Assembly: GCA_046538155.1 (NCBI GenBank) | Contig: JBKHJL010000014.1 | Span: 1-23,185 of the forward strand | Origin: Candidatus Micrarchaeia archaeon | GTDB lineage: Archaea > Micrarchaeota > Micrarchaeia > Anstonellales > Bilamarchaeaceae | Direction of reading: 5' to 3' | DNA: 23,185 nucleotides | Part shown: positions 15,342-23,185 of the stretch, one piece after another | How positions within the stretch are numbered: the first letter of the stretch is position 1 | How the letters are laid out: every line of letters begins with the position of its first letter | Program-made: the position numbers and the translations under genes | The notes under the pieces: generated by a model | Told to the model about the DNA's origin: nothing | What the model saw: only the letters and a program-made list of their open reading frames with translations | Database searches by the model: none

Positions 15342-17135
15342 TTAAAGCGTTTGCATAACCTCCTTTACTTCCTTTGCATCAACGCGGAGCCTGTAGTTCT
15401 TCATTATCTCTCCCATGTTTTTATTGTGCTTCTCCACAAGCTCCTTCAACTCCTCTCCGGTAATCTTGTGAAGATTTTTTTCTTCAATCACCTCCGCAGG
15501 AGACTTTCCAGAAGAAACTTCCGGAAGTATCACCGGGAGTGCAGCCTTTACGAACTTTCCTTCAAGATAATGGCGAAAAACTTCGGGGAGCACCCTGTCC
15601 GGGTCCCGGATTTCCTTCCCCTCCCTGCGGAGAGATACCAGAGTATCCTCAAGCGTGGTTGCAGCAAGCATGGGCTCCACGCCCATCTCCACAAGCTTCT
15701 CAAACGTTCTGGTGTGTCTGGATTTCAGCATCCTCTTTGCCATTTCCGGATTAAGGAGACCTTCCAGCTTCTTCTGCTTTGCTTCAAGGCCTTCGCCTGC
15801 CTGGCTCCTTGCCTCCTCAAGCAGGCCTTCGCTCAATTCAATCGGCCTTATGTCCGTTTCCGGGTACATGCGGGCCTTGCCCGGAAGCGGGCGCATATAA
15901 GATGTTGTGCCGTCCGGATTTACCCTGCGCGTCTGGCCGGGAATTTCCCGGGGGGCTGCGCGCTCTGCAACCCTTGCAAGAGCCATCCTTGCCTGCCCTT
16001 CTTCTGCAAGAACAATTATGAATGCATCTCCACCGGATGCCCCAAGCGCCTCCTCCACCTTTCTGGATTCCTGGGCACTTATTCCGTATTTGGAGAGATC
16101 CTCATCGCTGTGGATTATTCCTTTTACACCTGCGGTTTTTGCATAATCCGCAAGCTCTGTGCCATAGCGCTTCCCGGGCTGGAGCTCTGTGCCGAGCACT
16201 CCCTTGTGGGAATCGAGCCTGAAGCCCAGAACCCTTTTACCGGAAAGGAGACCGCGGTTGATGAAAGACGACTCAGTGTTTGAAAAAATATTGCTTAGGT
16301 CAGTTATGCGGGGATTCTCTTCCGGAGGAACGTTCCTGAGCCTCTCCAGGATTTCAAGAAGGGTCTTCTGCCTGTTTATCTCAATTTCAATTAGTTTCGG
16401 GATTAATCTCAGGTCCTGCACTCCCTTTATCTCTACCCTTGCACCTCCGGGAATTGAAATATTCACATCCTGGCGGATTGTGCCCAGGCCGCGGGCGGCT
16501 TTGCCTGTGGCGCGGAGAACCATCCCTATTTTTTCTGCAACCTCCCTGCAGTGTTCCCCGCTTACAATATCCGGAGAGGTTGCAAGCTCTATAAGCGGTA
16601 TTCCAAGGCGGTCCAGGCGGTAGTGCTTCATGCCGTCTTTTTTTGTTTCGATTATGCCTGCACTTTCCTCTTCTATTGCTATGGTATCTATTCCCACTTT
16701 CCCCTGGGAAGTTTCAATAAATCCGTTGGTTGCAAGAAGGGCGGTGCGCTGGAAACCTGAGGTATTGCTCCCGTCAACTACAATCTTGCGCATCACATGG
16801 ACCTGGTCTGCAACCCTCATCTGCAGTTGCTGGGCAACCCCCAATGCAACAAGCAGGGCTTCCTGGTCCATGGGAAGCGGGGGCTCCTCATCAATTTCCA
16901 CAAGGCAGCAATTCTTCCTGAAAACATCATATTCAAAATCAAGCTGCTTCTCCTGCTCCAGGCGGGCTGCGCGGTCCAGCTCGCCCATCTCGGATTCGCT
17001 TGCCCGGAGGTTGCGGATTATCCGCAAATCCGGCTTCTCTTCCTCCGTAAGTGTGGAAGGGCAGCGGCAGAACAGCTTTCCCGTATCCAGGCGCTGGTGG
17101 ATTTCTATTCCGCATTTGAGTTTTGGCTCTTCCAT
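15342..17135 (-). CDS. gatE: Glutamyl-tRNA(Gln) amidotransferase subunit E
   Basis: CGIEIHQRLDTGKLFC, MRKIVVDGSNTSGFQRT, LDRLGIPLIE, RGLGTIRQDVN, RPLPGKARMYPETD. Confidence 0.97.
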   Translation of the reverse strand: MEEPKLKCGIEIHQRLDTGKLFCRCPSTLTEEEKPDLRIIRNLRASESEMGELDRAARLEQEKQLDFEYDVFRKNCCLVEIDEEPPLPMDQEALLVALGVAQQLQMRVADQVHVMRKIVVDGSNTSGFQRTALLATNGFIETSQGKVGIDTIAIEEESAGIIETKKDGMKHYRLDRLGIPLIELATSPDIVSGEHCREVAEKIGMVLRATGKAARGLGTIRQDVNISIPGGARVEIKGVQDLRLIPKLIEIEINRQKTLLEILERLRNVPPEENPRITDLSNIFSNTESSFINRGLLSGKRVLGFRLDSHKGVLGTELQPGKRYGTELADYAKTAGVKGIIHSDEDLSKYGISAQESRKVEEALGASGGDAFIIVLAEEGQARMALARVAERAAPREIPGQTRRVNPDGTTSYMRPLPGKARMYPETDIRPIELSEGLLEEARSQAGEGLEAKQKKLEGLLNPEMAKRMLKSRHTRTFEKLVEMGVEPMLAATTLEDTLVSLRREGKEIRDPDRVLPEVFRHYLEGKFVKAALPVILPEVSSGKSPAEVIEEKNLHKITGEELKELVEKHNKNMGEIMKNYRLRVDAKEVKEVMQTL

Positions 17136-18398
17136 TTAGTCCACCTCCCCAACTGTGCTCCGGGGGCTTATCTCCCCTGCAACCGGGAGCATCATTTCTT
17201 CGGCAACTTTCCTGGGGTCCTTCTCATGCCCCAAAACCCAGCAGAGCTTTGCATAAGCTGCCTCCGGAGTCCAGTCCGCGCCTGCCCCTATCACTCCTGC
17301 TTCCTGGAGCAGCCTGCCTGCAGTATAAACATTTAGGTTTACCCTTCCGTAAATGCACTGGCTGGCCATTGCAACCGGAATTCCGGAATCGCAGAGGGCC
17401 TTTACTTCCGGGAGAACACCCTTCACGTGGGGAACATTGAACGGGTCCGTGGAAAAGTGGCCCAGGCCCGTGCCCACCAGCACTATTCCATCGTAATCCG
17501 CAAGGGAATCAACCATCTTGGGCTTGAGCCCCGGATAGGCATAAAGCATTGCAACATTCTCGCTTACGCGGTTGTCGAATTTGAGATTCCCTCCTCTTTT
17601 TTTGTAATCTTCCAGGGGCTCGATTAGTTCTTTGGTAAAATCCGCTTTTGCAAGTGGGACTGAATTTATGGAGCGGAATGCATTCCTTGCAGAAGTGTGC
17701 ATCTTGCGCACCTTGGTCCCTGGATGGAAGTATGCATAATCATCATTTGTGGTTGCATGCATGCAGATTCCCACATGGGCAGTGGGGCTGTTTTTTGCAA
17801 GGTAAGCTGCATTCAGGATGTTGTGGCGGGCATCGGTTGATGGGCGGTCAGGGCTCCTCTGTGCGCCTACAAAAACCACAGGGACAGGGGTGTCCTGGAG
17901 CATATAGGAGAGCGCGGCGCTGGAATAATGCATGGTGTCGGTTCCGTGGAGGATTACTATGCCCTGTGCACCCTGTTCGATTTCCTGCTTTACTTCATCT
18001 GCGGCTATAGACCAATGTTGGGGGGTCATATCCTCAGAGAGCATGGCAAACAGGGCCTTTGTGTGAAAACTGGAGATTTTTTCCAGCTCAGGGAGATTGC
18101 GCATCAAATCCGCGGGATTGGTGCTTGGGAACACTGCACCTGTCTTGTATTCTACTCTTGAGCATACGGTGCCCCCCATGGAAAGGATTGCAATTTCCCC
18201 TTTTTTCTGGGTAATTTCCTTTGCAGGCTTCAGAACTTCAACTTCACCGAGCTCCTCTATGCTTGTGCCCTCCCTTGAAAGGCCGATATTGTAGCCTGAT
18301 TCCAGTTTCAGCACGATTGTTTTTTCATTTGACTGGGGAAGAATGAAGCCTTCATAAGTGATTCCTTTTTTGTGCAGCTTTACCCGCTTTAACTTCAT
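17136..18398 (-). CDS. gatD: Glutamyl-tRNA(Gln) amidotransferase subunit D
   Basis: KLESGYNIG, GGTVCSRVEYKTGAV, HGTDTM, GAQRSPDRPSTDA, RKMHTSAR.AF, VYTAGR. Confidence 0.97.
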   Translation of the reverse strand: MKLKRVKLHKKGITYEGFILPQSNEKTIVLKLESGYNIGLSREGTSIEELGEVEVLKPAKEITQKKGEIAILSMGGTVCSRVEYKTGAVFPSTNPADLMRNLPELEKISSFHTKALFAMLSEDMTPQHWSIAADEVKQEIEQGAQGIVILHGTDTMHYSSAALSYMLQDTPVPVVFVGAQRSPDRPSTDARHNILNAAYLAKNSPTAHVGICMHATTNDDYAYFHPGTKVRKMHTSARNAFRSINSVPLAKADFTKELIEPLEDYKKRGGNLKFDNRVSENVAMLYAYPGLKPKMVDSLADYDGIVLVGTGLGHFSTDPFNVPHVKGVLPEVKALCDSGIPVAMASQCIYGRVNLNVYTAGRLLQEAGVIGAGADWTPEAAYAKLCWVLGHEKDPRKVAEEMMLPVAGEISPRSTVGEVD

Positions 18399-18453
18399 GA
18401 GAATTACCTCATGAAGTATATTCTAGAAGGTTTTTAATAAGTGCATTCCGATA

Positions 18454-18802
18454 GGCTGTCGCACAAGTCAGAAGAAAGACAAATTAACTTATTCTCCGAA
18501 CGTTTTCCATGGAAGACCGTCCTTTCCTAAGCCCCTGACAGGTCCGGGTAGTATGCGAAGATGATGATAGCATTAAAATTCTCGTCGTATACAAATACAA
18601 AAACCAAAAAACAAACGAAATATTACTAGACCTAAACAAAAGCGAAATTGAAGCGTAACTGGGTGGGAGGCACAAAAAGAAGGTGCCACCTATGGACACA
18701 AACTGGAAAACCTACAATGATGCCCTGGCGTCCAGGGCAGAACTATTCCTAGATACTAAAGTACTCAAAACCTGGGAAAAGGAACATTTGCAGAATTTGT
18801 AG
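18454..18802 (+). mobile_element. Decayed IS5-family (IS903-like) left-end remnant
   Basis: Candidate terminal repeat GGCTGTCGCACAAGTC (18454-18469), an A-rich interior and a truncated transposase N-terminus. No matching right end was seen. Confidence 0.55.
18692..18802 (+). pseudogene. Transposase N-terminal fragment (36 codons)
   Basis: MDTNWKTYNDALASRAELFLDTKVLKTWEKE resembles the NWxxYNxALxxRGxxxL....L..W start of IS903-group transposases. Confidence 0.65.
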
Positions 18803-18942
18803 ACAAGGAGAATGGGGCAGAGGCACTTGAGTTCCCTGCAAGTAAAATAAAAGAATCCGGGCTTGATTATTCGGGCTGGAATGATGATGTGGTACTGCAA
18901 GCTACCCGGCTGAATTTGGAGGAGATATGGAAAAATGCATAG
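18787..18942 (+). pseudogene. 3' remnant of an unknown gene
   Basis: Open frame FAEFVDKENGAEALEFPASKIKESGLDYSGWNDDVVLQATRLNLEEIWKNA* with no plausible upstream start. Its stop abuts the RBS of the next gene. Confidence 0.45.
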
Positions 18943-18955
18943 GAGGTGGAAGGAC

Positions 18956-19204
18956 ATGAAAATTCATGAAATAATGAAATCAAAAGAATACAAAGAAGCC
19001 AAAGACAAAATACGTGACTGGAAACAGCAACTGGATAAGGAAGGAGAAGAGGAAACCCTGAAAATACGGGAGGAACAAAGGAAGTTTTTCTCTGAGATGA
19101 AAAAGAACAATCCTGAGACATATGAATTATTTGCAGTTTCCAGAAAAGAGATAGGGGAAAAAATATACCAGAATATAACAGGGGAAGAAGTAATAATTGA
19201 TTAG
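18956..19204 (+). CDS. Hypothetical charged helical protein (82 aa)
   Basis: GGAGGTGG RBS before ATG 18956; coding-like composition. Confidence 0.7.
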   Translation: MKIHEIMKSKEYKEAKDKIRDWKQQLDKEGEEETLKIREEQRKFFSEMKKNNPETYELFAVSRKEIGEKIYQNITGEEVIID

Positions 19205-19218
19205 AAATTCTGGAAAAC

Positions 19219-19728
19219 TTAGAGATACATGGGATTATGCTCGGGCTTCTCTTCCTTTGCGCAGGCTGCTGCAAGCTCCGCTTCCTTCATTGTAAGGTAG
19301 CTTGGAGGCTCGCTTGGGCCCTCTATCTTCAGGATAGCTGCTTTCATTAATGCCTGTTCAAGGGAGCCCTCTGCTGCGCTTCTTGCTGCCTGGTAGAGCA
19401 CTCCAAGGGTGTCGCTGTCTGCTATTTCCCCAAGCACGATTGCTGCGAGTTCCCTTACTGAGCTGTCATCTGAATCAAGTGCCTGGATAAGGTGGGGAAC
19501 AATCTTCCTCCCCATCTTTGAGAGGACTGAAACAATAAGGGTTTCCTGGGGCGAGCCTGCCCCCGGAACCTCTCCTTGCGGGAGAGACTCCAGGAGTGGC
19601 TTCACTGCACCAGGACCCATTTCCCAGAGCTTGGAAGCTGCTTTGGCCCTGAGAGCTGGTTTTTCGGACTGGAGAAGGGTGACTAGTTTGTGGACTTCGG
19701 GTTTTGGTGGCTTTTTGTGTGGGGACAT
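19219..19728 (-). CDS. HEAT-repeat (PBS lyase-like) protein
   Basis: LRAKAASKLWEMGPGAVKPLL and VPHLIQALDSDDSSVRELAAIVLGEI repeats. Confidence 0.85.
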   Translation of the reverse strand: MSPHKKPPKPEVHKLVTLLQSEKPALRAKAASKLWEMGPGAVKPLLESLPQGEVPGAGSPQETLIVSVLSKMGRKIVPHLIQALDSDDSSVRELAAIVLGEIADSDTLGVLYQAARSAAEGSLEQALMKAAILKIEGPSEPPSYLTMKEAELAAACAKEEKPEHNPMYL

Positions 19729-19876
19729 GGTATAATGAGTGTGAGGAAGTGTTTTTAAATGTGTATGTTTGCGGTAAGTTATGTGGGATTTATACTATAT
19801 GGAGAAATGATTTTCTATACAAAAAAATAGAATAAAGAGAATAGTTTAAAAAGTAAATCTTTTCTATATAAAGAAC

Positions 19877-20425
19877 ATGCTTGAGAAATATGCTGTAATA
19901 AAAGCAATGAAAAAAATCCTGGCCTTCCCGAATACCAAATTCTCAATAAGCCGGCTGGCAAAGGAAACCGGGCTGGCAGTCAGTGCGGCCAGCTACTCTC
20001 TTGAATATATGGAAGGGGAGGGGCTCGTTACAAAAGAAGTTGTAGGAAGGACACACTTGTACAAGGCAGACCTTGAAAGCTTCCTTGCAAGGCAGTGGAA
20101 AATTGTCTTTTCCCTCCAGGAACTGCATGAAAACAGGATAGTGGAAAAAATACTTTCAAAAATGGATAATGTAAGCAATATTTTGCTCTACGGAAGCGTG
20201 GCCTGCGGAACAGATGATGAAAAAAGCGATATTGACATCATCGTAATTGCCGAAGGCAGGAAAAAAAAGGCCATTGATGAAGCAACAGTGGGGGGGAGAG
20301 AACTTAACCTGGCTGTTTACACTCCCCTTGAATGGAAAAAGAAGGCGGAAAACGAAAAGGCATTCTATGACAATGCGGTAACAAATTCTATATCCCTTAA
20401 TGGGGAAAAGCCGGTGGTCCTTTGA
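19877..20425 (+). CDS. wHTH-fused minimal nucleotidyltransferase (MNT) antitoxin
   Basis: N-terminal HTH (SISRLAKETGLAVSAASYSL..GLV..VGRT..Y) plus LYGSVACGTDDEKSDIDI (GS-X10-DXD). Confidence 0.9.
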   Translation: MLEKYAVIKAMKKILAFPNTKFSISRLAKETGLAVSAASYSLEYMEGEGLVTKEVVGRTHLYKADLESFLARQWKIVFSLQELHENRIVEKILSKMDNVSNILLYGSVACGTDDEKSDIDIIVIAEGRKKKAIDEATVGGRELNLAVYTPLEWKKKAENEKAFYDNAVTNSISLNGEKPVVL

Positions 20426-20856
20426 ATACTGAACAATGCATTGAAAAGGGGCTGCTCAAAAAAGTGGCTCCGGATGCTGGAAAAGCAATGCTGGCGTTGG
20501 AGATTGCAGAAAAAAACCTGGGAGATGCAGAAAAACAGATAAAGGCAGGATTGCCCAGGTGGGCATTCATAGCTGCATATACTGCAATGTTCCATGCCGG
20601 AAGGGCAATCCTTTACAGGGACGGAGTAAAAGAACGGAGCCACTATTGCATCTACATCTACCTCAGGGAAAAGTATTCAGAAAAGATAGAGCCAAAATAC
20701 TTTACTGAACTAAACCTGCTGAGGGAACAGCGGCACAGGACAATGTATGGGGATGAAAAGGTAAGGCTCAGGAAAATAGAAGAGGAAGAAGCAGAAAATG
20801 CAGTAGAAACAGCACGGGGCTTCCTTGAAGTGGTGCGGGCTGAACTGGAAAAGTGA
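20422..20856 (+). CDS. HEPN-domain protein (toxin partner), TTG start
   Basis: AYTAMFHAGRAIL..G..ERSH and R-X4-Y motif RHRTMY. 4-nt overlap with the MNT gene. Confidence 0.88.
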   Translation: MNTEQCIEKGLLKKVAPDAGKAMLALEIAEKNLGDAEKQIKAGLPRWAFIAAYTAMFHAGRAILYRDGVKERSHYCIYIYLREKYSEKIEPKYFTELNLLREQRHRTMYGDEKVRLRKIEEEEAENAVETARGFLEVVRAELEK

Positions 20857-20861
20857 ATTTT

Positions 20862-22145
20862 ATGGCATTTGAGTTTTTGGAGAAGTTTGGTTCAAAGCCG
20901 GGCCTTGAAAGGATCAGGAAACTATTGGAGGAATGGGGCAGCCCCCAAAACAAGATGAAAGTGGTGCTTGTGGCGGGAACAAACGGGAAGGGATCCACTG
21001 TTGCATTCCTTAGCTCCATTCTTTCTGCTGATGGAAAAAGGACTGGGGCTTTCTATTCTCCCCATTTATTTAAATTCAATGAGCGGATTCGGGTGGATGG
21101 AAAAACCATTCCTGATTCAGAATTGGAAAAGCTGGAGCAGGAAGTGAAAAAATACCTGGACGGGGGAAGTGAAATAACCTATTTTGAGGCAGTTACTGCT
21201 TGCGCGTACCGCTATTTTGCAGAGAAAGGGATTGAATATGCAGTAATGGAGGTGGGAATGGGGGGAAGGCTGGATGCGGTGAACCCTGCGGAGGAAGAAA
21301 TTGCAATTATTACCTCCATTGGGCAGGAGCATACAGGATGGCTTGGGTCGCAGGTCTCCCAGATTGCATACGAAAAATCAGGGATTATGAAGAAGGGCCT
21401 GGCGATTACTGGTGCAGGGATTGGGCTGGAAACCATTCGGAGCGAAGCGCGGAAACGCGGAGTGAACCTGCTTGTGCTTGGGGAGGATTTCGATGTGATT
21501 AAAAGCAAGGGGGATATGGGCGGGAGTATATTCGATTATTCCAATGGGATGCAATTGGGGGGGCTGGGGATTTCCATGCTTGGGGACTTCCAGGTGAGGA
21601 ATGCTGCTCTTGCAGTTTGCGCTGCAGAGAATCTGGGATGCTCTGAATCTGCGATACGGGAAGGCCTTAAGAAGGCGAAGATACGCGGTAGGGTGGAAAT
21701 TCTTGGGAAAGAACCGCTTGTTGTTGCGGATGTTGCACACAACCCGGCGGGGATTAAGGCGCTTGTTGATTCTTTGGATGTGTTTGGGCACAGTGTGAAG
21801 GTCCGGCCTGGAAAGGAAACTGATGAGGAACTTCACAGTCTGGAGAGTAAAAGAGTTGTTTGCGTATTTTCCTGCATGAAGGACAAGGAGTACGGGGAGA
21901 TGCTCAAGGTGCTCGGGGAAAAAATGGACGCGTTTGTGCTTGTTAAGCCTGAAGGGAATGAGCGGGCGGAGGAGCCAGAAGTTCTTCTTGATAAGGCAAA
22001 AGAATATGCTGAGGCTTATACTACCGCGGGAATACGGGATGGGATTGAGTTTGCAAAGGAAATGGCTGGAGAAGATGGAATGGTTTTAATTACCGGCTCA
22101 ATCTATATGATGGAGGAAGTTTATGGGGCACTTGGTGAAGAATAA
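20862..22145 (+). CDS. folC: Folylpolyglutamate synthase/dihydrofolate synthase
   Basis: VAGTNGKGST, YSPHL..FNERI, EVGMGGRLDAVN, EKSGI, DVAHNPAG, TGSIY. Confidence 0.95.
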   Translation: MAFEFLEKFGSKPGLERIRKLLEEWGSPQNKMKVVLVAGTNGKGSTVAFLSSILSADGKRTGAFYSPHLFKFNERIRVDGKTIPDSELEKLEQEVKKYLDGGSEITYFEAVTACAYRYFAEKGIEYAVMEVGMGGRLDAVNPAEEEIAIITSIGQEHTGWLGSQVSQIAYEKSGIMKKGLAITGAGIGLETIRSEARKRGVNLLVLGEDFDVIKSKGDMGGSIFDYSNGMQLGGLGISMLGDFQVRNAALAVCAAENLGCSESAIREGLKKAKIRGRVEILGKEPLVVADVAHNPAGIKALVDSLDVFGHSVKVRPGKETDEELHSLESKRVVCVFSCMKDKEYGEMLKVLGEKMDAFVLVKPEGNERAEEPEVLLDKAKEYAEAYTTAGIRDGIEFAKEMAGEDGMVLITGSIYMMEEVYGALGEE

Positions 22146-22207
22146 TGGCTGAATTTCGGGAAGACCGAAACGGAATTTTTATAAGGGAGTAAGGGAAGTA
22201 TAATCCT

Positions 22208-22498
22208 ATGAAGCGGCAGGAGATAATCAAAAAGATAACTTCTTCCCTGGTTAAGCACGGGGTGCCAAAGGCTTATCTTTTTGGGAGCTTCGCACGCAAA
22301 GAAAAGGAATACAACGACATAGACATAGCCATAGAGCCGCCAAAGGGAAAATTCTCCTTGCTTGACTTGATAGGGGTTGAAGAAGACATCTCCGGGAAGG
22401 TGCATGCAAAAATAGACATAGTGACGCTTAGGTCAATTTCCCCTCGCCTAAAGCCATATATCAAAAAGGACATGGTGCTTCTTTATGAAAGCGGATGA
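22208..22498 (+). CDS. MntA-like minimal nucleotidyltransferase antitoxin
   Basis: LFGSFARKEKEYNDIDI, FSLLDL, KIDIVT..I.P.LKPYI. TATA TTTTTATAA at 22176-22184. Confidence 0.92.
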   Translation: MKRQEIIKKITSSLVKHGVPKAYLFGSFARKEKEYNDIDIAIEPPKGKFSLLDLIGVEEDISGKVHAKIDIVTLRSISPRLKPYIKKDMVLLYESG

Positions 22499-22823
22499 AC
22501 CTTACATCAGCCATATTCTCGATGCCATACGGAAGATAAAAAAAGCGACCGGTGAAATGGACAAAAAAACCTTTTCAAAAAATGAGTTGGTGAGGGAATA
22601 CACCGTAAGGAAACTGGAAATCATAGGGGAAGCGGTGAAGCACATCTCGGACAAAACCAAAAGAAATGCAAAAGAAATTGAGTGGAACCGGATTGCCGGG
22701 ATGCGGGACAAGCTGATACACCACTACATGGGAGTTGACTACAGAATAATCTGGGATGTTGTTGAATGGGAGCTTCCGCTTCTTGAGAAAAAATTAAAAG
22801 AGCTGAATAAGGGAATTAAATGA
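22485..22823 (+). CDS. HepT-like (DUF86) HEPN ribonuclease toxin
   Basis: YISHILDAI, RKLEIIGEAVK, IEWNRIAGMRDKLIHHY (R-X4-H-X-Y), IIWDVV..ELP.L. Confidence 0.93.
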   Translation: MKADEPYISHILDAIRKIKKATGEMDKKTFSKNELVREYTVRKLEIIGEAVKHISDKTKRNAKEIEWNRIAGMRDKLIHHYMGVDYRIIWDVVEWELPLLEKKLKELNKGIK

Positions 22824-23185
22824 AGCACTCTCTACGAAATGAGATTCTTGCGAAAAGAAAGGCTCAGACTGAACCAGAGAGGGCTGCAAAGAGCAAATTG
22901 ATTATGCATGAATTGATTGAGCTTCCGGAATTTAAAAAAGCGAAAGTGGTTGCGTTTTACCTTCCTGTAAACGGGGAAGTAGATACAACTGAGATGATTA
23001 AGTGGGCGCACCAGGAAGGGAAAGAGGTTTGCGTGCCAGTTGTGCATGAAGAGAAGAAAATGTGCATGGTTGTTTATGAGCCTGCGGATGAGATGAAAGG
23101 GGGAAAGTATGAAATTCCTGAGCCCGTGGGGAAGCCGGAAAGGCACCAGGTTGATTTGGTTGTTGTGCCGGGTGTTGTGTTTGAC
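22820..23185 (+). CDS. 5-formyltetrahydrofolate cyclo-ligase, 3'-truncated by window edge; not in the supplied ORF track
   Basis: Manual translation MKHSLRNEILAKRK..AKVVAFYLPVNGEVDT..GKEVCVP..GKYEIPEP..DLVVVPGVVFD. ATGA overlap with the toxin stop. Confidence 0.93.
   Translation, partial: MKHSLRNEILAKRKAQTEPERAAKSKLIMHELIELPEFKKAKVVAFYLPVNGEVDTTEMIKWAHQEGKEVCVPVVHEEKKMCMVVYEPADEMKGGKYEIPEPVGKPERHQVDLVVVPGVVFD

Noticed and set aside
14781..16283. 500-aa plus-strand ORF
   Set aside because: Antisense shadow across gatE, rpl11 and the beta-propeller gene; no motifs and an atypical Leu/Phe/Cys/His-rich composition.
18509..18658. Frame MEDRPFLSP*QVRVVCED..EIEA* with an in-frame TGA (possible recoding or selenocysteine)
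   Set aside because: No recognisable family or SECIS, it lies inside a decayed element, and TGA is an ordinary stop elsewhere in the window.
1..23185. CRISPR array, rRNA, tRNA intron, intein or folate riboswitch
   Set aside because: No regularly spaced repeats or rRNA-like tracts were seen, the tRNA is uninterrupted, conserved proteins have no large insertions with splice motifs, and the leaders of folD, glyA and folC are too short and unstructured.

Overview
Archaeal chromosomal window. GatDE, aEF-1beta, Spt5, SecE, Bud32, Cdc48 with an HbYX tail and TATA-type promoters establish the domain. Compact genes, many orphans and bacterial-type folate genes suggest a DPANN lineage such as Micrarchaeota, which is an inference only. 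Contents in order: cdc48-membrane protein-site-2 protease-bud32 operon; SRP RNA; orphan histidine kinase; glutaredoxin, HTH regulator and flavin reductase; folD; orphan; glyA; mscS; ftsZ-secE-spt5; tRNA-Arg(GCG); orphan; Zn-ribbon microprotein and ef1b; beta-propeller surface protein; uL11 C-terminal-domain-only gene; gatE/gatD; a decayed IS5-like remnant; HEAT protein; and two MNT-HEPN toxin-antitoxin pairs interleaved with folC and a 5-formyl-THF cyclo-ligase that runs off the right edge. The most notable observations are (1) a ~261-nt SRP RNA that keeps the Alu domain but has no room for helix 6, the SRP19-binding helix, so it resembles bacterial large SRP RNA, (2) a stand-alone uL11 lacking its N-terminal domain and displaced from its usual position after spt5, (3) an FtsZ with a ~107-aa disordered N-terminal extension, and (4) a FlgA-C-terminus-like membrane protein coupled between cdc48 and an intramembrane protease. 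All assignments come from reading motifs by eye; no searches were run.
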